Shown: positions 25,378-38,820 of the stretch, one piece after another
Numbering within the stretch: position 1 is the first letter of the stretch
Layout of the letters: every line of letters starts with the position of its first letter
Origin: Octopus bimaculoides
Lineage: Eukaryota
Length of the DNA: 45,949 bases
Assembly: GCF_001194135.2 (NCBI RefSeq)
Contig: NC_068982.1
Span: 156,907,920 to 156,953,868, forward strand
Reading direction: 5' to 3'
Position numbers and translations under genes: made by a program
The notes under the pieces: generated by a model
Databases searched by the model: none
Seen by the model: only the letters and a program-made list of their open reading frames with translations
Told to the model about the DNA's origin: nothing

Positions 25378-25590
25378 TTGTTTCTAATTTTCGCACACAA
25401 CTAGCAATTTTGGAGGGAGGAAGCAAGTAGATTACGTTAACCACAGTACATAACAAGCATTTTATGTGATTGACCCTGAAAAAATCAAGGCATAGTCTAC
25501 CTCGGTGGAATTTGAACACATAACGTAAAGCCGTTAGAAATGCCATTAGCGTTTCGTACAGCGCAGTAGGAATTCTGTGAACTTGCTGCT
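25378..25590 (-). mobile_element. SINE family B (tandem second copy, degenerate)
   Basis: GGCATAGTCTACCTCGGTGGAATTTGAACACATAACGTAAAG. Confidence 0.7.
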
Positions 25591-25596
25591 ATAATG

Positions 25597-25663
<67 letters not shown>

Positions 25664-25665
<2 letters not shown>

Positions 25666-26180
25666 GGTATAAACACCATCCTGAAGCTGTGACTGAGGGA
25701 GAAAATGTGTCGATTCTCTGGGACTTCCCCGTATATACCGACAAAACTATAAAAGCTAATAAACCGGATATTATTATAAAAGATCAGACAAAGAAAATGT
25801 GTTTATTAATTAACATGAGTATTCCTTGCGATCATAGTATAGCGGCGAAAGAATTTGACAAGATCAGTAAATATAAAGACTTGCTAATAAAAATTGAAAA
25901 AATGTGGCACCTCAAGGCGACTACCATACCAGTGATTGTAGGATCTCTAGGAATGATAAAAAAAAGGTATTGAAATCTATTTGAAAATGATACCAGGCTT
26001 ACCATACCTACAGGAAGTGCAAAAAATCGTGCTAACTGGAACGACTCATGTACTAAGAAGAGCATTATCGCTGTGAAAACAACATCCATTCATGAATTAT
26101 TTATTTATTCTTTGTTTTTAAAGTACATATTTTACCTGTGAATTTGCGTGTGTAAACTGGGAATGCATACAATGAGCTTT
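25664..26180 (+). mobile_element. R4/Dong-clade non-LTR retrotransposon, 5'-truncated piece 1 (restriction-like endonuclease domain)
   Basis: WYKHHPEAVTEGENVSILWDFPVYTDKTIKANKPDIIIKD...KEFDKISKYKDL...IPVIVGSLG...TGTTHVLRRALSL-stop (26074-26076). PD..D/E..K RLE pattern. Starts directly after (TAA)n 25591-25663. Confidence 0.9.
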
Positions 26181-26359
26181 NNNNNNNNNNNNNNNNNNNN
26201 NNNNNNNNNNNNNNNNNNNNNNNNNNNNNNNNNNNNNNNNNNNNNNNNNNNNNNNNNNNNNNNNNNNNNNNNNNNNNNNNNNNNNNNNNNNNNNNNNNNN
26301 NNNNNNNNNNNNNNNNNNNNNNNNNNNNNNNNNNNNNNNNNNNNNNNNNNNNNNNNNNN

Positions 26360-26643
26360 GTTCAAAAGATAGTGCTCATGGGAACTGCCCATATCCTACG
26401 TAAAATACTGTCTATGTGATCTCAAATTTTAAAGCAAACACATAATTTTCTTATGGTTTCTTAAACATTCACTTGAACAAAACTGTACAAATCCAAATAT
26501 ATGGTATCCTAGGCATAACACCTACATGAACTTCTAACTTGTTGTCTCTTGAGGTCTCTGGGTGAGACTTGGATCCAACTTGTACAAATGCAAAACAAAA
26601 GTCAAACATAAAATAATAATAATAATAATAATGATAATAATAA
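26360..26643 (+). mobile_element. R4/Dong-clade piece 2: extreme C-terminus, 3' UTR and (TAA)n tail
   Basis: VQKIVLMGTAHILRKILSM-stop (26417-26419), about 190 bp of UTR, (TAA)n 26612-26643. The C-terminus differs from that of piece 1. Confidence 0.8.
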
Positions 26644-26649
26644 AAACAA

Positions 26650-27427
26650 TACGGATGGAATTTGGTCTTGATAAGTGTGTCAAAGCCACTTTCTAGAAAA
26701 GAAAATTGAAGACCTCACATTCAGTGGTGTTATATTTTGATACAGGTATAACGGAACTTGAGCGACGACAAACTTACAAATACCTCGGAATAAATGAATA
26801 CTCTGGTATTAAGCATGCATGAAAGAGAAGATCAAGAATGCTACGTAGTGTTCGAGCTGTCCATAAATCTGAATTAAATGCACGTAACAAGGTGTTAGCA
26901 CTAAATTCCTTATCAGATCCAGTTAATATTTACAGTTTCAATCTTGTTGAACTGAAATATCAGAGTAATAAAGAAAATTGACAGGAAAATTGTAAGCTGA
27001 CGATTTACATTAAGATGCGCCACACAAAGGCAGACGGCAATCGTCTTTACTTCCCAGAGCTCAAGGATGTCGAGGCCTAATCCAATTCGAAATCTCTTAC
27101 AAAACCACCACAACTGGACTGATGAAATACCTTGAAACATCTACTGACAGGATGTTAAAACTCGTTGTAAACACGAGAGACCGAAGAAGTTTCATTCTGT
27201 CGTGAAGGAGAGCATAAATTTTGCTAGTGACTTCATGCATAGTATCCATGTCGAACAGAATAATGGAAGTGTAGCAGTTGTTGCAGTAAAGACGATGAAA
27301 TCAATGGCAAAGAAGAGTTTAAACAATTGCTTATAAGTGACAAAAGAAAAAATAAAATTCTCCATGGCAAATACGTGACCTGTAGTAAACTAACTGATGT
27401 AGATCTGAAACACACCCATCTGTGGCT
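26650..27427 (+). mobile_element. R4/Dong-clade piece 3: RT thumb/linker region, truncated at both ends
   Basis: MEFGLDKC...QTYKYLGINE...SELNARNKV...KIDRK...RLY...LHGKY...THLWL with frameshifts. Confidence 0.85.
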
Positions 27428-27453
27428 ACTATAATAATAACAAAAATAATAAT

Positions 27454-29092
27454 TGTACTGTGCTTGATACCACTGACACTGATTCTGAGGAAAGCAAAAG
27501 CTGGGTATGTATTCAAAAGCCGCCAACAAAAAAAATAACCAATTGTTATTCATGGATGACTTCAAGCTTTATGGCAAAGATGAAGCCAAAGTCAATTCCC
27601 TCTTGATACAGTGTATACATTCAGTGCTGATATCAGAATGGAGTTCGGACTGAAAAAGTGTGGTGTGTTAGTCTTGAAGAAAGGTAAAATCAAATGTATG
27701 GACGGGCTATCGACACCCTCGGAGGAGGTTATGAGGCAGATAGAAGAGACAGGCTATAAGTACTTGGGTATTTTGGCAATGGATAAATTGATGGAGAAGA
27801 AAATGACAGAAAAATTTAAGGTGGAGTACTTGCGCAGACTAAGACTGATGCTTAAGCCAAAGTTAAACGGACGGAATACAATTGAAGCTATCAACACCTG
27901 GACGGTTTCACTCTTTAGATAATAAGCATCCGTAATCGAATGGACATTAGAGGAACTAAACAGCTTAGACAGAAAGACCAGGACGTTGCTAACTAGATAT
28001 GGGACGCTCCACCCAAAAAGTGACACAGAGAGTCTATATGTACCAAGAAAAAGAGGGAGAACAGTACTTATTGGATGCGAACACAGCATTAGAGCAGAAG
28101 AGAACAACATAGCATGGTATGTAAAAATTGCCACAGAACCGCTATTATTAGAAGTAAGAAGGTCAGGCCTGTATAGGATGAAAAATTGCAAAGATAAAGC
28201 ACTGTACATGCAACTGAAAACGAATGAAACTGAAAATAGGTGGGTAAAGAAATGAATGCGTGGACAATTTCATAGGGATGTTGAAGATAAGACAGACAGA
28301 GAAAAAAAGATGGCTCTAGATGATTAAAAGTGATTAAAAGTGATTTAAAAGTGAATACAGCCTCCGTTTCCGGAGGCTGTATTCTGTGGTGCCTAAGAGC
28401 AAGCACTAAAACACACTATATAAAATACAGAAAAGACAACACAGCAAAAAGTGATAAGTGCAGAATCTATGGACAAAATTGTGAAACCGTATGGGATATT
28501 ACCAGCCAATGTACGCCAGTAGCTCAGAGGGAATATAAGAGACGCCACGACAATATAGCCAGGCTTGTCCATTGGACACTTTGCAATAAGTATGGTCTTG
28601 ACAGAGCAAAACATTGGTGTGACCACAAACCCGAAGGCATCATCGAAAATGATAATGCAAAGATCCTGTGGTATTTATCATTCAGTGCGACCATTAGATA
28701 GAGAACAGAAAGCCAGAGATAGTCTTAATTCAGAAAGAAAGCAAACTATGCCGGTTCATAGATATAGCATGCTCAGCTGACAAAAAGTTCTGCGATAAGG
28801 AAGAAAGAAGTGACAGGTTAGCTTGCGAGGTAAAGCAGTTGTGGTCGATGAAAAGGGTGATAGTTCTACCAGTAATTCTCGGAGCCCTGAGAACAGCGAG
28901 TAAAAATCTCGAGAAGTACATGGAACAAATAGGGGCTGTAATAAGTGTGGAGCACATGCAGAAAACAGCACTGCTTGGAACCACTCTAATACTCCGGAAG
29001 GTGCACGAAAAATAAGTGGTGTGACCTTAGTTCACTGGTAGTGAACAGCTGATACCGTAGTACATCTCCAGCGTCAGAAACTGTGCAAAGGC
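27454..29092 (+). mobile_element. R4/Dong-clade piece 4: RT (FMDD) to CCHC knuckle, RLE and 3' UTR
   Basis: LLFMDDFKLY (27549-27560)...MEFGLKKCG...GYKYLGI...KCRIYGQNCETVWDITSQC...RRHDNIARLVHW...decayed KPDIV motif...TALLGTT...stop 29013-29015, then an (AAT)n tail from 29093. Confidence 0.93.
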
Positions 29093-29161
<69 letters not shown>

Positions 29162-29256
29162 TATAATAATAATTATAATAATAATTAATAATGACAATAA
29201 TAATAACAATAACAACAACAACAATAATAATAACAATACCAATAATAATAATAATG

Positions 29257-29331
<75 letters not shown>

Positions 29332-29365
29332 TCTTCTTCTTCTTCTTCTTCTTCTTCTTCTTCTT

Positions 29366-29456
<91 letters not shown>
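29093..29456. repeat. Compound microsatellite (AAT)n-(TTC)21-(TTA)21
   Basis: Imperfect AAT 29093-29330, perfect TTC 29331-29393, perfect TTA 29394-29456. Confidence 0.95.
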
Positions 29457-29458
<2 letters not shown>

Positions 29459-29951
29459 TCGTTTCAATGGCGGCAGATAATATTAATAAAAACGGTGTTG
29501 TCTGTTTATGCTGATTCTATTGTGAAAAAAAAAAAAAGAAAAAGGAAAGTGTGGAAATAGAGACGATAAACAAATTTGGTACATTACAATAAATCTGCTG
29601 AATTTACAGTCCATTTTGTTTTATTCAGAATGAAACAAGCAGTTTCAAAGATAAAAGAAGACTATATATATCAGAACAAAAAATAAGAAACATGTCCAAC
29701 AAAATATATATGCGCATACATAAAATAAACTAAAATAATCTGATAGGGAAACATAATAATATAGATTCAATATTTTCTAGCTTTTTATCATATTACTATA
29801 TGTCTATATCTATACTCATATCTATATATACCTTATACATGTATGTATGCGTATATACATAAATATATGGATATAAAGATCTATCTGTCTATCTATTTTT
29901 ATCTATACATATATATACGTATGTATATATATGTATATGTATATATACGTT

Positions 29952-30037
<86 letters not shown>

Positions 30038-30486
30038 NNNNNNNNNNNNNNNNNNNNNNNNNNNNNNNNNNNNNNNNNNNNNNNNNNNNNNNNNNNNNNN
30101 NNNNNNNNNNNNNNNNNNNNNNNNNNNNNNNNNNNNNNNNNNNNNNNNNNNNNNNNNNNNNNNNNNNNNNNNNNNNNNNNNNNNNNNNNNNNNNNNNNNN
30201 NNNNNNNNNNNNNNNNNNNNNNNNNNNNNNNNNNNNNNNNNNNNNNNNNNNNNNNNNNNNNNNNNNNNNNNNNNNNNNNNNNNNNNNNNNNNNNNNNNNN
30301 NNNNNNNNNNNNNNNNNNNNNNNNNNNNNNNNNNNNNNNNNNNNNNNNNNNNNNNNNNNNNNNNNNNNNNNNNNNNNNNNNNNNNNNNNNNNNNNNNNNN
30401 NNNNNNNNNNNNNNNNNNNNNNNNNNNNNNNNNNNNNNNNNNNNNNNNNNNNNNNNNNNNNNNNNNNNNNNNNNNNNNNNNNNNNN

Positions 30487-30536
<50 letters not shown>

Positions 30537-30999
30537 CACACACACACATTCATGTAACTATATATAGCATATATGGACACGCATATTAAGACACACAAAG
30601 TAACAAAAACAAATAGACAGCCACATATACACAGGCTCACGTATGCGTACTCACTCGCATAGCGCATTCCTTCTTTCTTTCATTTCGTAACATGTTTTAA
30701 CCAAGTTTGCCTGGTTTTGCACAGTCTAACACCCAAAAGTACCTAGAAAATCAGAACGATCTATGGCGGTGCCATTTGTAGATATAATCTCAAATAATAA
30801 ATCGAACCCATTCAGCTATTATCAAATTACCGACTCTTATTTCACTTCACGGATATGTGTTTTCTGATATTTTCGCAAGAAGTTTCCAGTGTCTATCAGG
30901 ATTTTCCATACAAATAATTGTATCTGTACAAATACACGTATACTTTGCTGCGATAGAAATAATTGCGTAAAGTGTAGACGCTTGCGCTTTTGTATGCAC

Positions 31000-31075
<76 letters not shown>

Positions 31076-31257
31076 GTTTATACATATGTACGTATTTATT
31101 TATATATTTAAATATATATGTATGTATATATGCAGGTATGAATGTATTTTCATATGTATATATATATATATATATTTCTGTGTGTTTGTTTGTATATATT
31201 TTTATTCGGAGATCGATATTTCTCTGTATACACAGACACATCACACACATACACACG

Positions 31258-31305
<48 letters not shown>

Positions 31306-31726
31306 TGTTAACATACATATACTTATATGCCTGCGTGAATGTTGTATATGGCTATGTATGCGTATTTTCGAAACATGTTCATTATTGTGTAAATGTGGCT
31401 GTGTAGGTGAGTGTATGAATGTAAGTGTGTGCGCGCGCGTGTGTGTGTGCATGAGAAGATGTACGTATGTCTGGCTTTGTTGTATGCATATACTCATAGT
31501 TGTACACCAATGAAACAAGAAGCTATGCATAACTTCAATGGATATTTCGTGTGTATACATTGAAATGAGTACTCTTAGGATGTGAAGCAACAAATCAAAT
31601 ATACATATACCTGCATGTTTATATACGTATATGCATTTATATAAAGAGTTGGAGATACATTTGTATGAGTTGATTTAGTTTTATGGTCATCACAAATGCA
31701 GAGAAATGCATACATGTACATTCGAA

Positions 31727-32982
31727 TGGGGTCATCCCATAAATAATGCGGATTTTTGATACTTATTTTATTTTTCAAAATTAAGATTAACAAATTTTAA
31801 AAAAATCTAAAATATACTCTCTTTCATTTTCTACAATGCCCTTTCATCTATCTAGTAGACTTGCAAGGCCCATTTTCCAAAATTCATTTGTCCATAACTA
31901 AAAATACTCCACCAGTACTGTTCTGACTCCGTCTACTGCAGAATAAATGATAATATCAGATGCGGCAATGTCCACCAAATATAGTGGGTGGGGCATCATT
32001 TCCCATTCAAACTGTTCCAGCCTTGGGAATGTCATCCTCGCTGTATGTGGCCGAGCATTATCTTGATGGAAGAACATATTTCGTCTTCAAACCAAATATG
32101 GTCGTTTTTCTTCTAGTGCTGATTTAAGCCACTCAAGCTGCTCGTAGTAGATCTCCATTATTGTTTGATTTGGGTTTAAAAGTTCAAAGTGGACTAAACC
32201 TTTCATATCCCACCAAACAGATAACAACACTTTACGTAGGTGAAAACCTTCTTTAGACAGTGGGTCGGGAAATACCTCCTTTCCCTACCCACTGTCTTCG
32301 GTACTTGACATTTTTTATAGAGAACACATTTCTCGTCACCAGTCACTATTCGGTCCAAAAAGAGATTCATTCGTGAGACGTGACAGCAAACAAGGGCACG
32401 TATTCACTCTCTGCAAGCGATTAGACTCAGTAAGTTTGTGAGGAACACATCGACCCAATTTGCTGAGTTTTCCGATGGCATGCAGGTGTCGATGAATGGT
32501 TGAATGACTAAATCCAAGATTCTCTGTTAGTTCCTCAACATATACGACGGGATTTTGCTTCACCAGTGTTTGCAGGACGTGCTCGTCGAGCTCTACAGAT
32601 CTTTCAAGACGAGGCTCGTCTTGTCGGCTGTAGGTAGCTACCGGCTGGGTATTTCTGGAACCAGCGTTGACACTGGCTTACGCTTATTGTCTAATCCCCA
32701 TATACTGCATTCATATTCCTCACACTTTCCATTGCGTTGCTGCCTTTTTTGAACTCATAAAGCAAAATATGCCGAATATGGTCCTTTGTCACTTCCATTA
32801 TAACTTTGAAAAAAATAGCTGTTAAAATCGAATTGCACTCTTCAAAACTTGCACTAAGAATAAGTACGGGGTAAAATTACTACATGGTTTTATAGCAAGT
32901 TCATGCAGGTAATTTATCCTGTCTCCCTGAGATTTTTAGTTCATGCAATTGAAAAAACCGCATTATTTATGGGATAACGCAA
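31727..32982 (-). mobile_element. mariner (DD34D) element, near full length (~1.26 kb)
   Basis: TIR core ATCCCATAAATAATGCGG perfect at 31734-31751 and, inverted, at 32959-32976. TA TSDs eroded. Confidence 0.9.
31797..32798 (-). pseudogene. mariner transposase pseudogene
   Basis: MEVTKDHIRHILLYEFKKG...QRWFQK...CVPHKLT...VTGDEK...WWDMKG...HQDNARPHTA...decayed YSPDLAPSD motif. Stops, frameshifts and a short C-terminal deletion. Confidence 0.92.
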
Positions 32983-33783
32983 TGCATACATAAACACATA
33001 CATTTATACTTATAATTGCATTTTAATATTTCGCTTTGCGACACTAATATCCTGGTGTAGATCTCAATATACTTTTGTTTCTGAAACAAGAGTTAGTCGA
33101 GTACAGAGCGGTAAAATTAAGAGTCCCTGGTTTTCAACCCCCTCTTACATGCTTTCCGATAGGCAATGCTTTCCTGTATATATGCATACAGTATCATATT
33201 AAGGATATCATATTAAGGGATTAAACTTTTATTCAAAATGATAGGCTTTTCCTTTTAAAGATTGTTTTTATAATGTTACTACGGGTGCATGTTTTGAACT
33301 TATTAAAGATTCCGTGATTATTCTGACACAGACATACTCATCATTACTTTTAAGTCCTCCAACACAATTGTTTTGCATATATTAGGTTTCGCTGTTCATA
33401 AACATCCATCCAACCCGATCCATCCATCGATCCTGATACATCCATCCATCCATCCATCCATCCATCCATCCATCCATCCATCCATCCATCCATCCATCTA
33501 TCCATCCATCCATCCATGTAGCTATGTATATACATTTTACACCCACCGACACCCACTCACATATAAACACACACACATACACATATACACACGCACATAT
33601 AAATTTGCACACACACACACACACACAAACATACATATATATATATATATATCCGCAGCATCACACATAGACACATGGATATATGATATTACTAAGTATT
33701 TGATTATTAAAATCGATGCATAAGTTTACCAACAGCGCAGAATACATCTTGTATATAGATATACATGTAAAAATATAAATTCA

Positions 33784-33824
<41 letters not shown>

Positions 33825-34350
33825 GCAAATATGATCTTTGCAGAGACAGGTATAGAAAAATGTATACATACATATGTGTTTATACATTTGTATACGGACG
33901 TTTCTAGGAGCACATTGTAAATTTGAAATCATATATCCTGTTTTTATATACAAAAAAGTTTTATTTAATATGGCAAAGTTTTAAAAGGTATGCGTACATA
34001 TGTATGCAGTATATCAATATCGAAGATATGTTACAAAAGAAAAATAGATATTTAGTTTTCAAAATATATTTTCAAATATTGCTCTGCTTTGTTGAATTCA
34101 AGTCTTTGATTATTTGCGAATGAATATTGCCTGAATCCTTTACATCTATCTTTATCTATGTAATGTGTGTTTCTCTGTAACGAAGTTATTTAGTAAGTAT
34201 ACATACATACATACATACATACATACATACATACATAAATACATACATACATATATATATAGATATTTATAGATATATATATCTGTATGTATGTCCGAGT
34301 TTCTATATGTGTGTGTGTTTTGTATGCGAGTGAATAAACACGCACAGAAA

Positions 34351-34397
<47 letters not shown>

Positions 34398-35109
34398 CTC
34401 TGCCTGTATGTGTTTGTAGGTAGGTGTCTATGTGTACATATGTCTACGTGTTTGTGATTGCGCGTACATTTATATTGAAATTCAAATGCGTGTATTGTTC
34501 ACTTTTCCACTTGTTTGTAAAGAAAAAGAATCTCTCTCTGTCACACACACACACACACGAAAACACACACACACATATACACCCATACAGACACACATAT
34601 AGAATAAACATACGGAATGCAAATACGCACACAAACGCACACATTCGTATAAGAGTTTGCTTGCGTATGTGCTTGCGTGTCATGTGAGTGTTTGCTTATA
34701 CAAATACATCTGTGTGGCTGAGAATACCGTGTGTATATATGTAATAGATATATGATGTATTCGCCTATCTGTTTACCAAAATATTTTACCTCTATAAATG
34801 GGTAGGAGCCATTTTATATTTTTGTTGATGTATTAAACAGCTATTTTCGTTTATAATAAGCATAGAAATTGGTTTTCAAAATTGTAAAAAAGAAAAAGAG
34901 AAAAATAACAGACGACATTTGAATGGAAGAAAAAACAATAACAACAGAAAGCAAAATTGCTCCGCTATCAGAATCAAAGACTTCCAGTGTCCTCCCCACG
35001 ACGTCTCCTCTGTGACGTTTTCCTCTTTCTCTTCAATTTCTTTTTCATCACCCTACTCCACCACTACTATACTGTGTACAAAGGCTGTTATCGTCACTGT
35101 TTCTATAAC

Positions 35110-35248
35110 TGTCCTCTTCATCGTCGTACAACACCACCATCACCACGACCACTACTGCCATATCATCATCGTCACGACCAGCATGATCATCGACACCATT
35201 ATCATCATCGTCGTCGTCGTCGTCGTCGTCGTCCTCCTCCTCCTCATC

Positions 35249-35300
<52 letters not shown>

Positions 35301-35421
35301 ACATCGTCAGCATCGTAGTTGTCGTCGTCGTCGTCATCATCATCATAATCATCATCATCATCAACATCGTCAGCATCGTAGTCGTTGTCGTTGTCGTCAT
35401 CATCATCATCATCATCATCAG

Positions 35422-35457
<36 letters not shown>

Positions 35458-35458
35458 A
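35110..35458. repeat. Compound CAT/CGT trinucleotide array with 63-bp higher-order duplication
   Basis: AACATCGTCAGCATCGTAG recurs at 35300 and 35363. Confidence 0.9.
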
Positions 35459-35814
35459 TGCCTAAGCAATGATGAAGAAACTAAAAGAAGTGAAGCCAGA
35501 GTCCCTTTTAAGGCACATACATGAACATATTCAACATTAACAAGCACACGCTAACATACGTATACACTCACGCATACACGCACATACGCACTCACACAAT
35601 TTCAGACACACACACACAAACACGCACACACAGACTACCATCCCCGCCCGTGGTGAAATTTCTTCGTTCTTTTGGTTTGCTCTTTTCCTTTCAATTCAAC
35701 ATCAATTTTGAAATAAGAATAAAAAAATGTTCTGCTTTATTTTTTCGTAAATTTTACTTTTGAAAACACCGAAGGCAAGAAGGAAGAAAGATACCGTCCC
35801 ATTTTCCAACAATG

Positions 35815-35815
35815 T

Positions 35816-35865
<50 letters not shown>

Positions 35866-35931
35866 ATGATAACAATGTGTATGATGATGATGATGACGAT
35901 GATGATGATGATGATGATGATGATAATAATA

Positions 35932-35985
<54 letters not shown>

Positions 35986-36005
35986 TTGATAATGATGATG
36001 ATGCT
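35815..36005. repeat. Compound (AGT)n-(GAT)n-(AAT)n microsatellite
   Basis: Read directly from the sequence. Confidence 0.95.
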
Positions 36006-36158
36006 GACAGGTAGATGTTGTTAAAATAAACAAATGTCGACCACACAAAAGATAGATGTAAGTATAGGAAAGATTAATATATATGCATTCATACAAACAT
36101 GCAAGCACAAGCACCTACACACACATATAAAACTACATATTCATATTTGCAAGAGTCC

Positions 36159-36209
<51 letters not shown>

Positions 36210-37061
36210 GTGTGTGTGTGTATGTATGTATGTACGTATGTATAGAGTGACACATACATATATGTATGTATATATATATATATATATATATATTTGAAAA
36301 TTAACTGCTTTTCTAAGAATTGAGCAAACTCTTTATTGACATTCGAACATATGCATATGTGTGTGCATGTGTGTGTTTGTTTGTGTATGTATGTGTGTGC
36401 GTACGTGTGTCTGTCTAGAGTTCGTGCGTGTGTGTGTAGGTATATATAACTGCATAATCCAATCCGTTGCTTTTCTGTCATGTTTTATGAAAAATAATTT
36501 TACATCTCTATACAAAGATTTGCCGCTTCTTTGAATGGATGTTTTAAAAAATATGCGCATGGATATACTGTCACACAAACACACATAAACATGGACATAC
36601 AAACATATACAGACACCCAAAATCGTAAAGGACAGAGAATGAGTGTCTGTGTGCTTGTGTGTGTGTATGTGTGTGTGTATACGTGTGTGTATAGAAAAGT
36701 ATATGTACATTATATTTCTATACACTTATATATCCGGGTGTAAATATATATATCTTTGTGTGTGTGTTTGTGTATGTGTGTACACACACATCTATATATG
36801 CATGTGTCAAGGTATGCGCTTTAGTTTGTTTAGCGTATATACAGACTCATACATATCAGAAAGACCACTATGCTTCATAATAACAAGCTCATACATATTT
36901 CTACAATAGATTTATAAAAGAATGAGAACGGATGGACAATTGTCAATATTGGAAATGGCTGGAAGTCAATGTCTCCTTATAAATATAATTTTCAAGCAGT
37001 TGGAATATGATCGGTGAAGTTTTTTATCCACATTTTAAAATGGGAAAGATAGCCTAATGTA

Positions 37062-37105
<44 letters not shown>

Positions 37106-37849
37106 GCGCACATACGCGTGTATCATGTATGCAATGTTTAAGGGTATATGTGTATGTTTCATGTGAATGATTAGATCTGATGAAACAAACATAAGAAGCA
37201 GAATTCTATATACTGTATTTGTTTTTATTGTAATAGCTAGGAATTTACAAAACTCAATCAAAGATCGAATCTTACTCGCCAAGTTGTTCTTTGAGTCACT
37301 TTTTTGTAGTTTCTGTGGTTATCTGAGTGCACACACTCAAACATAGAAACACATATTTGTTCATATAAATTTGTAGTAAAAGATGTAGATTCAGGGAATC
37401 TTATGGCTATTACAGAAAGGTCTTTTTTCGGATTCGACTAACACTCCACATAATTTTCTGATACATAGAAGTGTAATGTAGAGTGTCCAGAAATCTTTAA
37501 ATCCAGAAGATCCCATCAATGAAATTATTTAATGTTGATTACTGGTGACTGAGCATTTATGGGTGTGTATCTGTATTCGATGTATTATGTATATATATGA
37601 GTGTCTGTATGTATAGTAATATATGTGTATATATATAAGAATGTATGTGTATTTATGTATACAAACTAACAGACACGCACACGCACAGACACAAACACAC
37701 ACACAAACACACGCACATACACACACAAACACACAGACAGACAGAGACAGGTAGACAGACACACTAACACACATATAGTCAACAGATAAGATACAGAGAT
37801 ACTAGGTATAGTAAACGCTTATTAGCGTTCAAATGATTCGAACGGAGAA

Positions 37850-38500
37850 TCTCATGGCTGTATGAGGCATCAATTCTGCAGAGTAAACTACTGACCTGTA
37901 GGATAGTACATACAGTTTTGTTGTCCGTCCCAAACAACAATATCGAGCTTGTTATGCTTGCACTTTCAGGGTCTTTTGATGGAAATGTTTCACCAGTATT
38001 TCTTGTGTTGATGTTTGTGTAGGTATTCAGTCATAGGAGGGACTCCGTATTTATTCCAGGACAATCTTTTTCTCCGAATGCCACTCTGTATCGCTTTCGC
38101 GACATCGTCATATCTCACAAGGAGGTACTATCTTGGTGACATTTTTGGGCAGCTGCTAATCACGTGTGATGTCTTTCACAGAAATATGGTATGATCTACA
38201 TTTTCGGTTGCATCTTGGGGTTCCAAAGTTTTCATTGTCTCTTTTGTGCATTAGGTATTTCGTAGCAATCTCCCGTTCGTGGATTGCAAATGCATAACCT
38301 TCGAAGTGTTATTTGGTGTTGTGGTCACGAGATCAAAAGAGGCTTCGCTTAATATCGATATTATTGTCTTCTTCAAATCTTTGGGAAACATACCAGTGTA
38401 TAGTCTTTTGTTTGATATGTTGAGTGTTTCACAGGTAGATCTTTGGGCTATATGATCCTCTTCAAATAAGTTATTTTAGAAACTAGATTCACTCTATTTG
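37850..38500 (-). pseudogene. Old R4-type RLE retrotransposon fragment (CCHC plus RLE)
   Basis: FAIHEREIATKYL...KCR...DITHVISSCPKM...DDVAK...KCKHNKLDIVVWD (37927-37951). Confidence 0.75.
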
Positions 38501-38559
38501 ATTTGATTTTATCATATCTAGTTTTCTAGTGTTTATGAATGCAATAAAGATGTTGAGAG

Positions 38560-38820
38560 ATGTTTCCCTGAAGGTTCCTTGGGTCAATACTTTATTTCTG
38601 TTTGTATTTCTATTTACCTTGGCACTGAAGATGTTACGTCTACTTTATAGAAAATGGTCTCGCTGTGACAAGCTCCATTCAAAGAACATAATTTGGGATT
38701 GCTGCATGAGTAGCAATCTTTGACTGCGGTAGTGAGTTTGTATGAAAGAATTTGTGATTATAGCCTTGTGCGTAACGCACAATCACTTGTAGTTGTAACT
38801 TTTAAGTAATCGTTGTCAAT
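38560..38820 (-). pseudogene. Penelope-type GIY-YIG endonuclease fragment
   Basis: CSNPKLCSLNGACHSETIFYKVDVTS...LTQGTF, resembling the CxC...CPLxGxC...VYKAxV...YIGxTxGTF pattern. Confidence 0.6.

Noticed and set aside
33098-33180. Tiny TA-CAG...CTG-TA element
   Set aside because: The ends match only over CAG; no real TIR.
34919-35547. His-rich 171-aa and Ile/Val-rich 201-aa ORFs
   Set aside because: They derive from CAT/CGT triplet repeats. No domain, splice or codon evidence for a real gene.
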